Part shown: in pieces, positions 35,211-38,084 of the stretch
Layout of the letters: the number at the start of each line of letters is the position of its first letter
Position numbering within the stretch: position 1 is the stretch's first letter
Virus record (IMG/VR): IMGVR_UViG_3300031965_000002
Coordinates: 66,082-104,165 of that record
Strand: one strand, 5' to 3'
Length of the DNA: 38,084 nt
Source: a virus
The notes under the pieces: generated by a model
What the model saw: the letters and a program-made list of their open reading frames with translations, nothing else
Told to the model about the DNA's origin: nothing
The model's database searches: none
Program-made: the position numbers and the translations under genes

Positions 35211-36164
35211 ATGGCCTTTGAAGCAGCAACAGAAAGAAATATAGCGCTCAAGAAACTGTTGGCAAAAGCTCATACAACCAACAATAAAGGCATCAACAAC
35301 GAAGCCATCGCTTCGCAAATTTCTATTGCTGCGAATCAAATAATTGGTGAAGTTATTCCTTCGGACCCCGCAACGGCATATCACCTAGGCCTTGTTGAAT
35401 ATATTGAGGCCGAGCTTGAACTAGATAATACTTCGAGTGGGAAGAGCTATCGTCTAAAGTTTCCTGACGATTATGGCGGAGACTTTGGTTCAGGTTCGCA
35501 GGGGCTCTATATTGGCGATGTAACATTTGCGGTCCCGTTCTTCTACAATGACAATCCTGTTCAAAGCGACGATAGTGGAGGCTATCAGCCTCGTCTTTTT
35601 GATAATGGGGTAGAAGTTCCTTTGCTCGATGCAAGCGACTGGTTTTTTGACTATTTTGCATGTCTGCTAACTTCAGAGGATGATCTGAGTCTGGGATCTA
35701 CAGGAACGATCCAATTGTATATTTATACAGGAACGACAGTTCAAGATCATATCGATGATACGGCGAACCCTCACAACGTTATTCCTTCGCAAGTTGGAGG
35801 TATAGCTTTATGGCAGCCATTTGCAGAATATTCGTCTGGTTCTTTTGTTTACTATGATTTGACAAGCTCTTTGGGTGATAGTGATTTTTCGAATGGGATT
35901 TATGTCGCGACGAGTTCTCATACATCGAGCGCTACTTTTTCCTCAGATCAAGCAAACTGGAAGGCATTAAACTCATCTTTTCAGTATGATCAAGGAGTGG
36001 GAGCCTCAACTTGGACAATAGATCATAATTTGAATAGATATCCCACTATTACGGTATTGAGTTCTTCTGGTTTTCAAATCGAGCCAGAGGTAGAATACGT
36101 TAATCTCAATAGAATAACGTTAAGGTTCTCTCCTGCCGCTAGTGGGACAGCATATATGAACTAG
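35211..36164 (+). CDS. Putative fibre-associated protein with a carbohydrate-binding-like module
   Basis: WQPFAEYSSGSFVYY...YVATSSHTS...NWK (CBM5/12-like); C-term QYDQ...TWTIDHNLNRYPTITV...LRFSPAASGTAYMN. Confidence 0.7.
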   Translation: MAFEAATERNIALKKLLAKAHTTNNKGINNEAIASQISIAANQIIGEVIPSDPATAYHLGLVEYIEAELELDNTSSGKSYRLKFPDDYGGDFGSGSQGLYIGDVTFAVPFFYNDNPVQSDDSGGYQPRLFDNGVEVPLLDASDWFFDYFACLLTSEDDLSLGSTGTIQLYIYTGTTVQDHIDDTANPHNVIPSQVGGIALWQPFAEYSSGSFVYYDLTSSLGDSDFSNGIYVATSSHTSSATFSSDQANWKALNSSFQYDQGVGASTWTIDHNLNRYPTITVLSSSGFQIEPEVEYVNLNRITLRFSPAASGTAYMN

Positions 36165-36171
36165 GTGATTT

Positions 36172-38084
36172 ATGGCTCGTGAATTTTTTACAGATATTGA
36201 CCTTAATCAAAACGAGATGCAGTTCTTGGTTATGCATCCACTCGCTTCCGCTCCAAGTAGCGGAAGCGAGGTTGAAGGTCAGATGTACTATGATACCGTT
36301 GCTCAGCAGCCGTTCTTTTGGAATGGTGCGGCATGGACATCGATGTCTTCGGGCGCAGCTTCTAGCGTTCCGTTTAGTGGTATTACAGGTGGCACAAATA
36401 TTTCGGCAACGATGCTCGTGGGTACGGGCGCTTCGCTTTCATTTGTGGGATTAGGAACTATTGATGCCAACTTGCTAGATGGTCGATTAGTTGACGCTCC
36501 TGCTGCGCAAGATGGCGAGTTTCTTATATTTACGGGCGGCTCTGTTAATGCATGGCAGGCTCGTAAAATTATTGCTTCTGATTTTCCTGAATTAGAGTTA
36601 GATGATCTTTCAAATGTAGATGTAGCTTCTGCCAATGATGGCGATATACTTGTATTTAGTGGTGGCTCAATAACTTCCTGGGAAAACAGGTCGTTTGCAT
36701 CTCTAAATGTTAGCGTATATGGGCACACTCATGATGGTTCTGATATTGTTTCAGGTACTATAATTGATGATAGACTATCAACAAATGTAGGTCTTCTAAA
36801 TAGAGGAGCCCAATGGACCTCCGGGCAGCAGTTTGATAATTTTTCTATAACAGGATCAGGCGGCAGGTCAAATATTAGCAGTTCCGCTACTGTTGCTAGA
36901 ATTCTTACGCTGGCTGATAGTGATGGCGAGTTGCCTATAGTTTCAGATGTTTCTCCAGCCGAAGGCGAAGTTCTTGTTAGAAACTCGTCTGATACATATG
37001 ATTCAAGGTTTCTTGAATTTAATGATTTATCAGATGTTGATTATAGCGGCAATGGACCTTCAGATGGTGATTTGCTTGTTTATCTCGGCGGGTCTGTTGG
37101 TGCATGGGTACACCGTAGTCCTGAATTTATTCTAACTGATCTTCCATATCTTGGCGGTGGAGGAGCGGTTAATCAAGTTGCTTACTGGGAAAGTGGCGAT
37201 TCTCTCATAGGGGAATCAGAGTTTACATATAACGGAACAGATTTGACGCTTTCTGCAACGGGTTCATCGTTACACTTAACAAGCTCAACATCTGGTATGA
37301 CAATCGGTTCAAGTTCTGTTGTCCATGCTTCTGATGAAGCTATATTGATTATCACTGAAAGCGGCAGCGATGATATAACTTTTAGAAATACTAACACCAG
37401 TAATGATGCTGGTTCCGCTGTAGAGTTTCAGAGATCAAGGGGCACTATCGATTCGCCCTCAGCGGTAAACAATAACGATATACACGGTGAAGTAAGATGG
37501 TTTGGTCATAATGGATCAACATACATTGAAACCGCAACTATTGTTGCTCAATCTACCGAAGCTGCTAGTGTTAGCGGTGCAGGGACTCGGCTTGTGTTTT
37601 CTACGCTCAATAACGCGACGCCAGGTTCGCCTTCAACCAAGCTTATTCTCGATAACGACGGCGTAAAATCACAAGACAATTTCTTTATTATTACGGCTAA
37701 TTCTGAAGTAACTACACAGACTCTTTTCCGAAATAGCGGGACAGGCGAAATCACGATTGGCGATTATTCGTTTGAAAATTTATCAGATATAAACTACAGC
37801 AATGGTGGTCCTTCAGATGGAGATTTGCTTGTTTATATAGCAGGTTCTATAGATGGTTGGGTTCATCAGAGTTCTGAATCTGTTCTATCAGAATATGTTC
37901 ATATAAATCCTTCAACATCTACAAGAAACGATATATCAGCACAAGGCTCGATAGTTGTTCCATTGAGAATCGTAGGAGCTTCTGGCCAAACAGCTAACTT
38001 GTTTGAAATTGAAGACAACTCAAATACCGATTTGTTTATTGTTGACTCAAGCGGTAACGTAAATATTGCGGGTGACCTGACTAT
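36172..38084 (+). CDS. Tail fibre-like protein (3'-truncated; missing from ORF track)
   Basis: Open from ATG 36172 (AGGTG RBS) to window end; MAREFFTDIDLNQNE...GQMYYDT...WNGAAW; HTH fibre motif; L-x-D-L-S-D-V...DGDLLVY...W repeats; FQRSRGT. Confidence 0.85.
   Translation, partial: MAREFFTDIDLNQNEMQFLVMHPLASAPSSGSEVEGQMYYDTVAQQPFFWNGAAWTSMSSGAASSVPFSGITGGTNISATMLVGTGASLSFVGLGTIDANLLDGRLVDAPAAQDGEFLIFTGGSVNAWQARKIIASDFPELELDDLSNVDVASANDGDILVFSGGSITSWENRSFASLNVSVYGHTHDGSDIVSGTIIDDRLSTNVGLLNRGAQWTSGQQFDNFSITGSGGRSNISSSATVARILTLADSDGELPIVSDVSPAEGEVLVRNSSDTYDSRFLEFNDLSDVDYSGNGPSDGDLLVYLGGSVGAWVHRSPEFILTDLPYLGGGGAVNQVAYWESGDSLIGESEFTYNGTDLTLSATGSSLHLTSSTSGMTIGSSSVVHASDEAILIITESGSDDITFRNTNTSNDAGSAVEFQRSRGTIDSPSAVNNNDIHGEVRWFGHNGSTYIETATIVAQSTEAASVSGAGTRLVFSTLNNATPGSPSTKLILDNDGVKSQDNFFIITANSEVTTQTLFRNSGTGEITIGDYSFENLSDINYSNGGPSDGDLLVYIAGSIDGWVHQSSESVLSEYVHINPSTSTRNDISAQGSIVVPLRIVGASGQTANLFEIEDNSNTDLFIVDSSGNVNIAGDLT

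Larger units (their letters stand above)
1..38084 (+). mobile_element. Virion morphogenesis region of a large tailed dsDNA phage (Caudoviricetes)
   Basis: Co-oriented terminase, portal, prohead protease/scaffold, decoration, HK97-type capsid and fibre genes; overlapping stop/start junctions; AGGAG-type RBSs; no cellular housekeeping genes. Confidence 0.95.

Overview
The window is the head-morphogenesis and start of the tail/fibre region of a large tailed dsDNA phage. Every credible gene is on the + strand, tightly packed, in the standard genetic code. Gene order: terminase large subunit (5'-truncated, intein in Walker A); about 14 mostly acidic or disordered hypothetical proteins (including a DUF5661-like protein and a DUF192-WYL fusion); a portal with two tandem inteins and a C-terminal Vsr/DUF559-like nuclease; a 2280-aa prohead protease/scaffold polyprotein with an intein beside the catalytic Ser; a decoration protein; a 294-aa HK97-fold major capsid protein; a terminator; small ORFs and a tRNA-like structured RNA; GT4 and GT9-like glycosyltransferases; a subtilase; and fibre proteins. 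The strongest unexplained signal is a recurring [K/R]-x-A-[Q/S] motif, often preceded by FNL/FNW, in nearly all proteins from terminase to scaffold. A separate M-x-x-hydrophobic-[K/E]-S-x-S-[Y/F] leader recurs on small proteins. Together these suggest a head-cargo targeting and Ala-specific maturation system resembling herpesvirus assemblin/scaffold processing. Other candidates are a -1 frameshift at an A9 tract, a portal-tethered nuclease and a possible virion-glycosylation cassette. All family assignments come from reading motifs by eye; no database search was run.
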